Source: Gammaproteobacteria bacterium (lineage in GTDB: Bacteria > Pseudomonadota > Gammaproteobacteria > Eutrophobiales > Eutrophobiaceae). Taken from it: a stretch of 64,000 bases of DNA. Of the stretch, positions 36,225 to 45,557 are shown piece after piece (within the stretch, counting starts at the first letter, position 1; the number at the start of each line of letters is the position of its first letter). Location: NCBI GenBank assembly GCA_965205955.1, contig OZ242192.1:2376796-2440795 (forward strand), in the 5' to 3' direction. The position numbers and the translations under genes are program-made. The notes under the pieces were generated by a model. The model saw nothing but the letters and a program-made list of their open reading frames with translations. It was not told where the DNA came from and did not search any database.

Positions 36225-38081
36225 TCAGGCGGCGCGGGCTTCCAATAGTTGGCGGCTGAATGAGTTGTTGTCGGAAGTGGTCATTACCAGATCCTCCTGT
36301 GCCCGCGTCATGCCTACGTAGAGTAAGCGGGCGTCTTCTTCCACCCTATCCTCCTTGTCTCCCATATAGCCGACGCCGACAATAATGACCCGTGAGAACT
36401 CCAGTCCCTTGCTGCTGTGCAGCGTTATCAGAGGTACCCGGTCTTCCGCCGGATTATACGCGCTTTTGCTTTTTTTGTCTTTGAGTTGCAAACAGGGAAT
36501 GCCGGCGTTTTCTACTGCACGATGCAATTTGTCGCCCTGATAGTGGCTCAAGTACAGTACCGCCATATCCGCCCAGGCGATCTTGTCTTCATGCCAGCGT
36601 TGTAAACAACTTACAGTGTAATCCAGTTCTTCCGTGAAATTGCCCACTCGCCGTATTTCCGGGTCGGGGCCGCGATTGCCCGCCGCTTCCGGCGCAATCA
36701 GCGGGATATGGTCATCATCCGCGTTTTGCGGTTTGAGATAGTGTGCCGCGAAACGGTAGGCAAAGCGCAATATCTCGCGCGTGTTGCGGTAATTCAGCCG
36801 TAATATGGTGGTGCGCCCCGTGGCTTTAATGCCTACGCTGGCCAGGCTGAAACCCAATCCGGTGCGGGGTTTGTAGATGGATTGCGCATCATCGTACAGC
36901 AGCAGCAATGAATCTGTTTCCGGGTCCACCATCTGCACCACCAGTTTAAGCCAACTCTCTTCAAAGTCGTGGCCTTCGTCAATCATCAGCGCGCCGTATT
37001 GCGCCCGCGGGATCTGGCCTTGATCGACGGCATGGATAACGGTTTCCACTAACTTTTCCACATAAGATTTACCGAATGCCGGCGGGGCCACATGATAGGC
37101 CCTTAACTGCTCTGCGCACCAGTCGTGAAAGTGATATACCTGCACCTGCTGGTCTATACCCTTGGCTTCGATGAACGTGCGCAGCTTTGCCGCCAGCGTG
37201 ATGTTAAAACACAGAACCAGTATGGGCTTTTGCATCAGGGCAGCGAGGTACTGACAGCGATAGCCGAGTATCAGGGTCTTGCCGGAGCCCGCCACTCCGT
37301 GAATGACGCGGTGGCCTTCGCCCAGACTGCGCGCCAGTTGCTCCTGCTGGATGTCCATGATTTTGATGATGTCCGGCAGGGCTTCTGTGATGTCGGTGTC
37401 GTCGTCGGTTGCGGCGAACAGGCTCTCTTGCCTGCCGGTCACGATGCGTATTTCCGGGAATAGATACCAGCGTATGCGGTCAATCTGCGGCAGGGTCAAT
37501 GTGCCGCCAAACCGGTAGGTGAACATGTTCCAGAGTTTTTCCTGGAAGGCTTCCGCATCCGCATCCTTGCCGATGTCGTCCTGGTACAGCATCAGGTGAT
37601 CCGGCAGCAGGATTTCTCTCTCCGCATCCGGTGCGGCTCTGTGCATGCGTTGACGGCTAATGTTGGTAAAGACCACGCCGCAACCCCAGGGCATAATCAG
37701 CTTGCCCCGGTGTGCGCCACCCGCCTGCTGCAACAGGGGGTCGCCGGACAGGGTATTGACTACACGGTATTGATACTGCCGTGCCTGCTCCAGTGGGTGG
37801 GCCTCGGTTACCAGCCCCTTTGCAGTCAGTATTTCTGCGGTTTTGGGTGTAAATTTTTTGATGGTTTCCATCTTCCAGTCCTTTACCTCCAGCAGCAACA
37901 GTCCCCGTGACGGGTGCAGGATAATAAAGTCGGGATAACGGCGCTTTTTGCCGACCGGGATGTCGTACCAGATCAGGTAATCATCTTCCAGAAACCGCTC
38001 CAAACGACGGGCCAGGCGTTTTTCGCCGGCCGTCATGCGCGCCAGGGTTTGGCGGTTCAGGGCAGGGATGATCTCGGCCAC
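36225..38081 (-). CDS. NERD-domain nuclease fused to an SF1 (UvrD-like) DNA helicase; Nhi-like candidate defence protein
   Basis: N-terminal NERD: YLIWYDIPVGKKRRYPDFIILHPSRGLLLLEVKDW. Helicase: VIHGVAGSGKTLILGYRCQYL (Walker A), LMIDEGHDF, and C-terminal motifs; 618 aa. Confidence 0.75.
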   Translation of the reverse strand: MAEIIPALNRQTLARMTAGEKRLARRLERFLEDDYLIWYDIPVGKKRRYPDFIILHPSRGLLLLEVKDWKMETIKKFTPKTAEILTAKGLVTEAHPLEQARQYQYRVVNTLSGDPLLQQAGGAHRGKLIMPWGCGVVFTNISRQRMHRAAPDAEREILLPDHLMLYQDDIGKDADAEAFQEKLWNMFTYRFGGTLTLPQIDRIRWYLFPEIRIVTGRQESLFAATDDDTDITEALPDIIKIMDIQQEQLARSLGEGHRVIHGVAGSGKTLILGYRCQYLAALMQKPILVLCFNITLAAKLRTFIEAKGIDQQVQVYHFHDWCAEQLRAYHVAPPAFGKSYVEKLVETVIHAVDQGQIPRAQYGALMIDEGHDFEESWLKLVVQMVDPETDSLLLLYDDAQSIYKPRTGLGFSLASVGIKATGRTTILRLNYRNTREILRFAYRFAAHYLKPQNADDDHIPLIAPEAAGNRGPDPEIRRVGNFTEELDYTVSCLQRWHEDKIAWADMAVLYLSHYQGDKLHRAVENAGIPCLQLKDKKSKSAYNPAEDRVPLITLHSSKGLEFSRVIIVGVGYMGDKEDRVEEDARLLYVGMTRAQEDLVMTTSDNNSFSRQLLEARAA

Positions 38082-38168
38082 AGGGATACCGCCCGGCTCA
38101 GGCGCAAGCGGCGGGCGGCGCCGCCGGAATGCGTGGTTGTTCGGGCAGGCGTTGAGGCATGTTTCGCA

Positions 38169-39389
38169 TCAGCGGGCGCTTTGGGGAAAGGGCACCGCAC
38201 TTACTTTACTGATAAACTTATCAAAGGTTTTGCCTTTTAATCCCGTGAGGTGGTATGCCTCCCGGTAAAAGAGCCTGCCTTCGCCGACGGCCCTTCCTAT
38301 GGCGGCGCCGAATGGGTGCCCAATACGCACATTTTGGGTGTTCCAGAAATTCCCCCCGGAGCTCCCTCTATTCTGCTCTGCAATCTCTTTTCGTTTCCAT
38401 CTGTTATAGAAAGTGAAGAAAGAGTCGAGATTAATCAGGCCAACATCAAGCATGCGGCGGGCTGCAACTATGGTGCTGACCTTAAAATGACCGGCAACCT
38501 TGCCGTATTGCTCCGTGAGATTGGATGCGTTACTCAGAAACTCTCGGAGATCTTCACTCGGTACCAGGAACTCTGCCGCCACCTGATCGCAGAATTTCTC
38601 GGTAGCATTTTCGGTTTGTCGAAGTCGCTTGAATTTCGAGATGCCGGCAGCGCCAACGAAAATGTGTGCCAGCTCGTGGCTTAGCGTGAACATCTGCGCC
38701 GCTCTGTAATCGGCCCCATTGACGAAGATCAGCGGGGCATAGTCATCAACAAGAGCAAAGCCCTGAAACTCTTCACGGTCCAGTTTTCTATGGGTGTTAT
38801 TCCCCACCACGCCGTTAAACATAACCAGGATGCCCGCATCCTCGACAATGTTTCTCAGACGACGAAGCGCATATTCCCAGGTCGGCTCTTGCGCCGCCCA
38901 GTTTTTTGCCAGACCGAGATGCTTTTTCATGGCCGTCGCAACTGCATCATGCTGCTGTTCAAGACTGGCAGAACCGACAAATGATATTGGCTCAACCCCG
39001 TCTTGCAGCAACTCTTCCCGCATCCATGCCTGTCTTCTTTGCATGGTATGCACCGTCTCCAACAGGTTGGGGCTGGGGCGCTGTCGCAAACGGCTGTCCC
39101 CGCTGCGAAAATCCGGAATGGGCAGCTGATCCAGGTCTTCCGGCGGCTCAGAGAGATACAAAAGTCCGAGGGGCGTGTAGGTTTTGTGGGCGAGTCTGTC
39201 AATCTGGGCGATACTGATTTTCCCGGTTTTCTCCCATTCCTCCACCCGCCCCGGCTCCACGCCGATCTTGCCGGCGAGTTCGGCGGCCTGGTAAGCAACA
39301 CGCTCCCTGGCCCAGCGCAGAACCTCCGGTTTTAGCATAATCTGTTGGCGTCTTCCGTTCATGGGGTACCTCCCGGAATCATTGTACAT
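38169..39389 (-). CDS. XRE-family HTH regulator fused to an ImmA/IrrE-family zinc metallopeptidase (DUF955)
   Basis: N-terminal HTH (LKPEVLRWARERVAYQAAELAGKIGV); HExxH FTLSHELAHIFVG; 406 aa. Confidence 0.7.
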   Translation of the reverse strand: MYNDSGRYPMNGRRQQIMLKPEVLRWARERVAYQAAELAGKIGVEPGRVEEWEKTGKISIAQIDRLAHKTYTPLGLLYLSEPPEDLDQLPIPDFRSGDSRLRQRPSPNLLETVHTMQRRQAWMREELLQDGVEPISFVGSASLEQQHDAVATAMKKHLGLAKNWAAQEPTWEYALRRLRNIVEDAGILVMFNGVVGNNTHRKLDREEFQGFALVDDYAPLIFVNGADYRAAQMFTLSHELAHIFVGAAGISKFKRLRQTENATEKFCDQVAAEFLVPSEDLREFLSNASNLTEQYGKVAGHFKVSTIVAARRMLDVGLINLDSFFTFYNRWKRKEIAEQNRGSSGGNFWNTQNVRIGHPFGAAIGRAVGEGRLFYREAYHLTGLKGKTFDKFISKVSAVPFPQSAR

Positions 39390-39429
39390 GTTCTTTAATT
39401 CGTTGTGTATGGGTCCATAATATATGGCG

Positions 39430-39640
39430 CTCGGGGTGGTTGACGAGCAGTGATGGTATAGGGGATATCAGGGCCAATGCGTGGTGTGGTCGTTGAATGT
39501 TGTAGATCACCAGCCGATCCGGCGAGTTTGCGGTTGAATAAGGTCGGTGATCATGACAGATCCTTGAACCACTGCTTGATCTTGAGTGCCATCAATCTGC
39601 GGCGTCCAGACAAGTAAGCAGGGTCTCAATAGAGTGTTGC
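39430..39640 (-). pseudogene. frameshifted C-terminal remnant of an IS481/IS3-type DDE (rve) transposase
   Basis: Minus-strand frames give ...TQDQAVVQGSVMITDLIQPQTRRIGW followed by LVIYNIQRPHHALALISPIPSLLVNHPE. The YN..RPH.AL...P motif is the conserved end of rve-domain transposases. No intact upstream catalytic region was seen. Confidence 0.4.
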
Positions 39641-40008
39641 GTGACGGAGTAGCGTTGCGTGGCCATCAGTGAAGCTCCTCTACGATCCGACCCAACCAGA
39701 CGTTAGGGACGTGAGGTAGTATTTCGTGTTTTGGAAGACGACGGAAGTGTCTTCCGTTTGGCTTCGCTCCTATTGCAGGACATCTCGACGCGCGGGGTCG
39801 CGCTGCTTTGAAAAGCGGCGTCTCCAGGGTTTCGGATTGGATGGATTTGTTTTTCGGCATGTCACGTTGTCTCCGGTATGGGGTCGTGGAATAAATCGAC
39901 ATAGCTTTGGGGCGATTTTAGTGCGGCGGAAAAATTTTGGCAAGGTGAAAAAATACGCCAAAATGCGCTATAATCAGAGATCGCTTTTTTTTAATGGAGG
40001 GAATTTCA

Positions 40009-40380
40009 ATGGGCGCTCATCAATCAGAGGACACCTGTTGTACGCTGGTGCCGTATTTCAGGATTCACGACGGTAAACTCGACGAGTTCAAATCGCTGTG
40101 CGCACGCTTTATCGAAAAAACGCGCAATGATGAAAAATGCCTGCACTATGCGTTCAGTTTCGACGGCAACGATGCGCATTGTCGCGAGGGCTATACGGAC
40201 GCTGACGCCATGCTGGCACATTTGGAAAGTGTCAGTGATCTGCTGGCGGAGGCCTTCAAAATCGCCAATGTCACGCGGGTGGAAATCCATGCTCCGCCGG
40301 CCGAAGTGGAAAAATTGCGCGAGCCGCTGGCCGATTTTCAGCCCCAATTTTATACGGTGGAATGCGGCTTCCGAGCCTGA
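40009..40380 (+). CDS. antibiotic-biosynthesis-monooxygenase (ABM/YgiN-like) domain protein
   Basis: GGAGGG Shine-Dalgarno at -8. The sequence CTLVPYFRIHDGKLDEFKSLCARFIEKTRNDEKCLHYAFSF...GYTDADAMLAHLESV has an ABM ferredoxin-like fold pattern. Confidence 0.55.
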   Translation: MGAHQSEDTCCTLVPYFRIHDGKLDEFKSLCARFIEKTRNDEKCLHYAFSFDGNDAHCREGYTDADAMLAHLESVSDLLAEAFKIANVTRVEIHAPPAEVEKLREPLADFQPQFYTVECGFRA

Positions 40381-40562
40381 TGCCGAAGGCGCGCACGAAA
40401 AGCGAAGGGTGGTTGCACCCGCTGTTTTTTTACCTTGCGTCAAAAAAACCGGAACATTGCGAGATGGTCTTGCCCCACGGGATGGCGCGATTCGTTAGAG
40501 GGCGGAATGTCGGGGCAAGTACATGGGTCTTGTTTACCCGCCCTCTGATCCCTCCAGGCGTT

Positions 40563-42023
40563 CTATTGGGCTGTTAGTATCACCTTGATGGAATTTATTA
40601 TTGCTTTGATGTAATCGCTGAATGCTTCCGCATGCTTTCCCCGGGCGAATTTTGCGCCTCCCCGTTTGGTGTATGCCTGGATATATTGCGGGTCGATTGC
40701 AATCGCCTTGCCGTAGTCTTCAATGGCTTCCGCATGCTTTTGCAAAGCGGATTTTGCAAGCCCGCGCTTGTTATATGCCCCCGCATCCCGGGGGTTGATT
40801 GCAATGGCCTTGCTGTAGTCTTCAATGGCTTCCTCATGCTTTTGCAAAAATGATTTTGCAAATCCACGGTTGTTGTATGCCCTCGCATCCTGGGGGGTGA
40901 TTTCCGTTGCTCTGGTGTAGTCCTCAATGGCTTCCGCATGCTTTTGCAAAGCGAATTTTGCAAGTCCACGGTTGTTGTATGAGTCTGCTTCCTGCGGATT
41001 GATTTCAATTGCCTTGTTGTAGTCTTCAATGGCTTCCGCATGCTTTTGCAAAAATGATTTTGTAAGTCCGCGAATGTGGTATGCCCGGGCATCCTGGGAG
41101 TTGATTTCAATTGCCTTGCTGTAGTCTTTAATGGCTTCCGCATGCTTTCCCAAAGTCGATTTTACAAGTCCGCTGATGTGGTATCCTGATTCATCCTCTG
41201 GATTGGTTTCACTTGCCTTGCCGTACCCTCTACGGACTTCCGCACGCTTTCCCGAAGCAGATTTTTCATTGCCCCGGTTGTGGTGTGCCTGGGTACCTTT
41301 CAGGGCGATTTCAATTGCTTTTTTGTAGTCTTCAATGGCTTCCTTAAAATTTTCCAAAGCAGATTTTGTGTCGGCCCGGCTGGTGTATGCCTGGATATAT
41401 TGCGGGTTGATTTCAATTGCCTTGCTGTAGTCTTCAATGGCTTCCGTATATTCTTCTAAAGAATATTTGGCATTGCCCCGGTCGTGGTATATCTGGGTAC
41501 CTTGCGGGTCTAATTCAATTGCCTTGTTATAGTCTTCAATGGCTTCCGCGTGATTTCCCAAATCAGATTTTGCATTGCCCCGGTTGTGGTATGACCGGGC
41601 ATCTTGCGGGTTTAATGCAATTGCCTGAGTATAGTCATCAATGGCTTCCGTATATCTTTCTAAATAATATCTGGCAACACCCCTGTACTTCAATTGCTTT
41701 ATTTTTATGATTCGCCTTGTTATTGCGCCAACTAAAAGGATGAGTATGATACAGCTCAATATTACCCGATTGGATTTTAAATACTGTATTATTGGTTGGA
41801 TGTAGCCCTTGCTTGCTTCCGGATGTTTTCCCAAATCAGATTTTGCATTGCCCTCATTATAGAGTACCCCGACATCTTGCCGGTTGTTTTCAGCCAGTGG
41901 CTGGACCGGTGAAATATTGAGTGCCGCTCCTCCCCCGAAAAACAGGATGATGACCAGGGCACATGGCAAACCTGACCGGGGGAAAACATACCTAATAGAA
42001 GAAAAAACCTCATTCATTCGCAT
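40563..42023 (-). CDS. tetratricopeptide-repeat protein with an N-terminal signal/TM segment; internal 102-bp DNA-level repeats
   Basis: More than 10 consecutive TPR units (...AYHIRGLTKSFLQKHAEAIEDYNKAIEINPQ...). The nucleotide repeats of gcttccgcatgcttttgcaaa... are nearly identical, which suggests recent intragenic expansion. Confidence 0.7.
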   Translation of the reverse strand: MRMNEVFSSIRYVFPRSGLPCALVIILFFGGGAALNISPVQPLAENNRQDVGVLYNEGNAKSDLGKHPEASKGYIQPIIQYLKSNRVILSCIILILLVGAITRRIIKIKQLKYRGVARYYLERYTEAIDDYTQAIALNPQDARSYHNRGNAKSDLGNHAEAIEDYNKAIELDPQGTQIYHDRGNAKYSLEEYTEAIEDYSKAIEINPQYIQAYTSRADTKSALENFKEAIEDYKKAIEIALKGTQAHHNRGNEKSASGKRAEVRRGYGKASETNPEDESGYHISGLVKSTLGKHAEAIKDYSKAIEINSQDARAYHIRGLTKSFLQKHAEAIEDYNKAIEINPQEADSYNNRGLAKFALQKHAEAIEDYTRATEITPQDARAYNNRGFAKSFLQKHEEAIEDYSKAIAINPRDAGAYNKRGLAKSALQKHAEAIEDYGKAIAIDPQYIQAYTKRGGAKFARGKHAEAFSDYIKAIINSIKVILTAQ

Positions 42024-42428
42024 ACCTGTAACTCTCCAAAGAAATAAATTGCCAAAAAAGACCGGGCGGTGCGGCGCGTTGTGATGGATGGCTACCAATG
42101 CCCAAGTATACAAGTTACCAAAAAATTCATAAATTGCAACAGTGAAGCAGGAATGTATTGCATTGGGAAGGAGAGGGATATCCGGCCGGGGACAACCTGT
42201 GTTCGACTGCGTCTATATTGCTGCAGAGCTTGTTTGCTATTTGCAACAACCGGTTTGCGCAATTGTCCGCTGTTGCGGAACGGCTTTTTCACGGGCTTGC
42301 TGTAGGTAAAAATGATTTCTCCCGGGGAAGGGCTTTATAGTAGCGTATTATGATTACAGGGTGGCAGCGTTGGAATTCCGGTCATTGTAACCCGCACTGC
42401 TTTTGGGGAGCCTTTTTTCTGTGACTTT

Positions 42429-43268
42429 GTGGTAAAGCAATCAAATACTTCCGGGGCGGATTTTATGCTGCATGAGGCTGACGCAATAATTTTACTGGCT
42501 TATCTTGTCACAGGGGCCTGTGCCGGAATGACGGGCGGGTTACTGGGGCTGGGCGGGGGGATCATCATTGTCCCTGCGCTGCATTATCTGTTTTTATTGC
42601 AGGGCTTTCCGCCGGCGATATTAATGCATATGGCGGTGACTACGTCGCTGTCTGCAATCGTGTTTACCGCGCTGGCATCGGCCTGGACGCATCACAGGAA
42701 AGGGGCGGTGCTGTGGCCTGTGGTGGCGGCGCTGACACCGGGTATAGTTGCCGGCGGCGTGATCGGCGCCTGGCTGGCCAATCACCTGTCCAGCGAGTAT
42801 TTGCGGATGGGTTTTGGTGTGTTTGCATTGTGTATTGCGCTGCAAACGGGGCTCGGCATCCATCCGGCGGCCACGATGTCATTGCCCCGGCGACCGGGTA
42901 TGATTGCGGCCGGCGGCGTAATCGGGACATGCTCCACTGTGCTGGGGATCGGCGGCGGAACGCTCACGATCCCGGCCCTGCTTTGGTGCAGTGTGGGGAT
43001 CAGAAATGCGATTGCGGTATCGGCGGCCTGCGGCATTCCCATTGCTATCGCCGGTTCGGTATCGATGATCGCCGCCGGACTGGATGAGACTGCATCACCG
43101 GAAAATACAATTGGTTATCTGTATTGGCCGGCTTCGGCTGTGATCATTATTGCGGCAATCATTTTTGCCCCGATGGGCGCGCGTTTGACGCATGTGCTGC
43201 CGATTTCTCTTGTCAGGAAGATTTTCGCAGTGGTATTGGCTATTGTCGGGATACGAATGCTGTTCTAA
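42429..43268 (+). CDS. sulfite exporter TauE/SafE (DUF81) family membrane protein
   Basis: Two internally repeated 4-TM halves with GGGIIIVPAL and GIGGGTLTIPALL motifs; 279 aa. Confidence 0.8.
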   Translation: MVKQSNTSGADFMLHEADAIILLAYLVTGACAGMTGGLLGLGGGIIIVPALHYLFLLQGFPPAILMHMAVTTSLSAIVFTALASAWTHHRKGAVLWPVVAALTPGIVAGGVIGAWLANHLSSEYLRMGFGVFALCIALQTGLGIHPAATMSLPRRPGMIAAGGVIGTCSTVLGIGGGTLTIPALLWCSVGIRNAIAVSAACGIPIAIAGSVSMIAAGLDETASPENTIGYLYWPASAVIIIAAIIFAPMGARLTHVLPISLVRKIFAVVLAIVGIRMLF

Positions 43269-43276
43269 TAGTCGGA

Positions 43277-43675
43277 ATGAATGGGTATTGGCCAATATAT
43301 TGCTTTGATATCGGCGACGCAGATTCTCATCAGCGGCAGCGGAAAACTCAAGGCAGATCGCTCGTCGATGAGCGCAAGTCTTTGTATTGCCACAACTGCA
43401 CGCAGTTAGTCTGCTTCAAGAATGAGGCGGCCGGTATCCACGGCCGGCACGAGCACGTGTGCACCAATCCGGCCGGGGTGGTGTATCGCATCGCATGCTA
43501 CAGCAATGCTCCCGGATGCAATGCAATTGGCGCCCCACAATCGGAATATACCTGGTTCACCGGGTATGAGTGGCAGATTGCGGTTTGTGTAGGGTGCGGC
43601 GAGCACCTGGGCTGGATGTTCGCCGGAGCAGATGTGTTTTTCGGACTGATCCGCGAGCGGCTGGTGGAGGATTAA
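43277..43675 (+). CDS. bacterial cereblon homologue (CULT domain, thalidomide-binding-domain-like)
   Basis: CHNC...HEHVCTNPAGVVYRIACYS...IGAPQSEYTWFTGYEWQIAVCVGCGEHLGWMF...FFGLIRERL is colinear with Magnetospirillum MsCI4 (CRQCG...HEHVVFNPAGMIFRVWCFS...WFKGYDWTIALCGQCGSHLGW...FFGLIKDRL). The CxxC...CxxC zinc site and the Trp cage are conserved. Confidence 0.7.
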   Translation: MNGYWPIYCFDIGDADSHQRQRKTQGRSLVDERKSLYCHNCTQLVCFKNEAAGIHGRHEHVCTNPAGVVYRIACYSNAPGCNAIGAPQSEYTWFTGYEWQIAVCVGCGEHLGWMFAGADVFFGLIRERLVED

Positions 43676-43769
43676 ATAGGCAGGGCATGGCGCGCAGACA
43701 ATGTTCGATGTTGAAGGCCGTTGGGGATATACTGCAACGGATACCTGTATTCGTTGAGAGGAAGGGGTA

Positions 43770-44189
43770 ATGGTATTTCAGGAAAAGATGGTGATCGGGA
43801 CAAGCGGGCGTGAAATAATAGAGATCACCCCGGAGGTGCAGCGGTTCGTTCTGCGTTCCAGGATTCAAACGGGTATTTGTCATGTGTTTATCATGCACAC
43901 CAGCGCGTCATTGATGCTGTGTGAAAATGCCGATCCCGATGTCCGGCGAGATATGGAAACCTTTATGTCGAGGCTTGTGCCGGACGGCGATTCGATGTTT
44001 GTGCATACTACCGAGGGGCCGGATGATATGCCGGCGCACGTGCGAACGGCGCTCACGGATTCGTCGATTACCTGTCCGATCAAGGATAATCGCTGTGCGC
44101 TGGGAACCTGGCAGGGGCTGTATCTGTGGGAGCACAGGACTGCATCGCATGATCGAAAATTGATAATCACTATATATGGAGAGCAATGA
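43770..44189 (+). CDS. yjbQ: YjbQ/UPF0047-family protein (secondary thiamine-phosphate synthase)
   Basis: EITPEVQRFVLRSRIQTGICHVFIMHTSASLMLCENADPDVRRDME...LGTWQGLYLWEHR is the YjbQ signature. Confidence 0.75.
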   Translation: MVFQEKMVIGTSGREIIEITPEVQRFVLRSRIQTGICHVFIMHTSASLMLCENADPDVRRDMETFMSRLVPDGDSMFVHTTEGPDDMPAHVRTALTDSSITCPIKDNRCALGTWQGLYLWEHRTASHDRKLIITIYGEQ

Positions 44190-44473
44190 TGGCAAAGGCA
44201 ATATGGAATGGTGTGGTACTGGCGGAAAGCGTTGATTTTCAAAAGGTGGAAGGGAATATTTATTTTCCGCCTGAATCCGTCAACCGGGAATATCTGAGGG
44301 ATACCGACACCCACTCAACCTGTATCTGGAAGGGGCAGGCAAGTTATTATGATGTGGAGGTCAATGGGAAAATCAACAAGGATGCGGCCTGGTATTATCC
44401 GCAACCAAAATCAAAGGCGGAAAATATCAAGGAGCATGTTGCGTTCTGGAAAAATGTCGAAGTAACGGAATAG
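44186..44473 (+). CDS. DUF427 domain protein
   Basis: AIWNGVVLAESVDFQKVEGNIYFPPESV...AAWYYPQPKSKAENIKEHVAFW fits the DUF427 pattern. Confidence 0.65.
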   Translation: MMAKAIWNGVVLAESVDFQKVEGNIYFPPESVNREYLRDTDTHSTCIWKGQASYYDVEVNGKINKDAAWYYPQPKSKAENIKEHVAFWKNVEVTE

Positions 44474-44476
44474 TAT

Positions 44477-45490
44477 ATGCCCCGGAAGAATATGCCAAAG
44501 GGCTGGCAGCCTCCGTATCCGTCCTGGTCGGCGGAATTTGCCCCCGAAGTGCGGGAAGTAATCATCGGCTATTTTGCCGTGCAATCCAAAGACCGGATTG
44601 TCGGTGATTTCGAGGAATGGATGCAGTTGGCGCTGTCGGTCGACAATGCGCCGATGCACTGTGAACGGGCGGTCTATGTGGACGGGCAAGGATATGCGAA
44701 TCAGGTGTGTATCTGCTATTGGACCGACCGGTCTGGCTATGATGCCTGGATAGCATCGGCCGATGCGGAGGGCTGGTGGAATGATGCGAAACGCCTGAGC
44801 GGAGACGCGGGCTACTGGCGCGAGGTTATTTTCGCGCCCAGGTCCCGGCTGGAAACGCTGTTCTCATCGGAGGATGGTGCGGGAATGGCGGCGCTGACGG
44901 ACAGGTTCAGTGAGCCGGTATGTGAACATGCCTACTGGGGAAGTATGCGCGACCGTGTGCCGGATTCGGGGAACAATGACTTCCAAAGCGAAGCGGGGGA
45001 GCGGCTGGCCTGTCGGCCGGCGGTGGACAGCAGGAAAAGGCATGTGCGCATCGTTCCGCCTGAAAATATGTGCCTGATTCGATCGGCGCAGAATTGGACG
45101 GAATGCAAGGACCGGGAGCTGAGTATATATCAAAACAGCGTACATCCGGCATTGATAGAGGGTATGCAGTATATCCGGGATAATCCCATCGACAGCGGCT
45201 GCATCTGTTGCCGCTTTATGGACGAGCTGGGTCAAAATGGGGAGCGGCAGTCAAAGACTTTCGGCATGGCATATTTTCTCACGATGGGGCATCTGGAGGC
45301 CTGGGCCAAGTCACATCCCTCGCATCTGGCGATTTTCGGTAACTTTCAAAAGATGGCGCAAAGTCTGGAGTTCCGGCTGGATCTGAAGCTCTGGCATGAG
45401 GTGATCGTTTTGCCTGCGGGGGAGCATGTTTTCGAATACTTCAACTGCCATGAAAAAACCGGATTGTTGCCGTATTTTTCGCCTGCTTGA
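44477..45490 (+). CDS. oxd: aldoxime dehydratase (Oxd, heme enzyme)
   Basis: Colinear with Bacillus OxdB: WSAEFAPEV...QSKD, HAYWGSMRDRVPDS, NMCLIRSAQNWTEC, YFLTMGHLEAWAKSHPSHLAIFGNFQKM, LKLWHEVIVL. Confidence 0.75.
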   Translation: MPRKNMPKGWQPPYPSWSAEFAPEVREVIIGYFAVQSKDRIVGDFEEWMQLALSVDNAPMHCERAVYVDGQGYANQVCICYWTDRSGYDAWIASADAEGWWNDAKRLSGDAGYWREVIFAPRSRLETLFSSEDGAGMAALTDRFSEPVCEHAYWGSMRDRVPDSGNNDFQSEAGERLACRPAVDSRKRHVRIVPPENMCLIRSAQNWTECKDRELSIYQNSVHPALIEGMQYIRDNPIDSGCICCRFMDELGQNGERQSKTFGMAYFLTMGHLEAWAKSHPSHLAIFGNFQKMAQSLEFRLDLKLWHEVIVLPAGEHVFEYFNCHEKTGLLPYFSPA

Positions 45491-45557
45491 TTGGAACGAC
45501 CACCGTACCCGGAATCGTTTGGGTGTATCGCCGCGGCAATCCTTGTCCGGCCGGTTT

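Noticed and set aside
39700-39990. Small hairpins (GGAAGAC…GTCTTCC; GCGCG…CGCGC) and short ORFs upstream of the ABM gene
   Set aside because: Weak stems without clear U-tracts and ORFs without motifs. The region probably holds decayed IS or promoter sequence but I cannot support a specific call.
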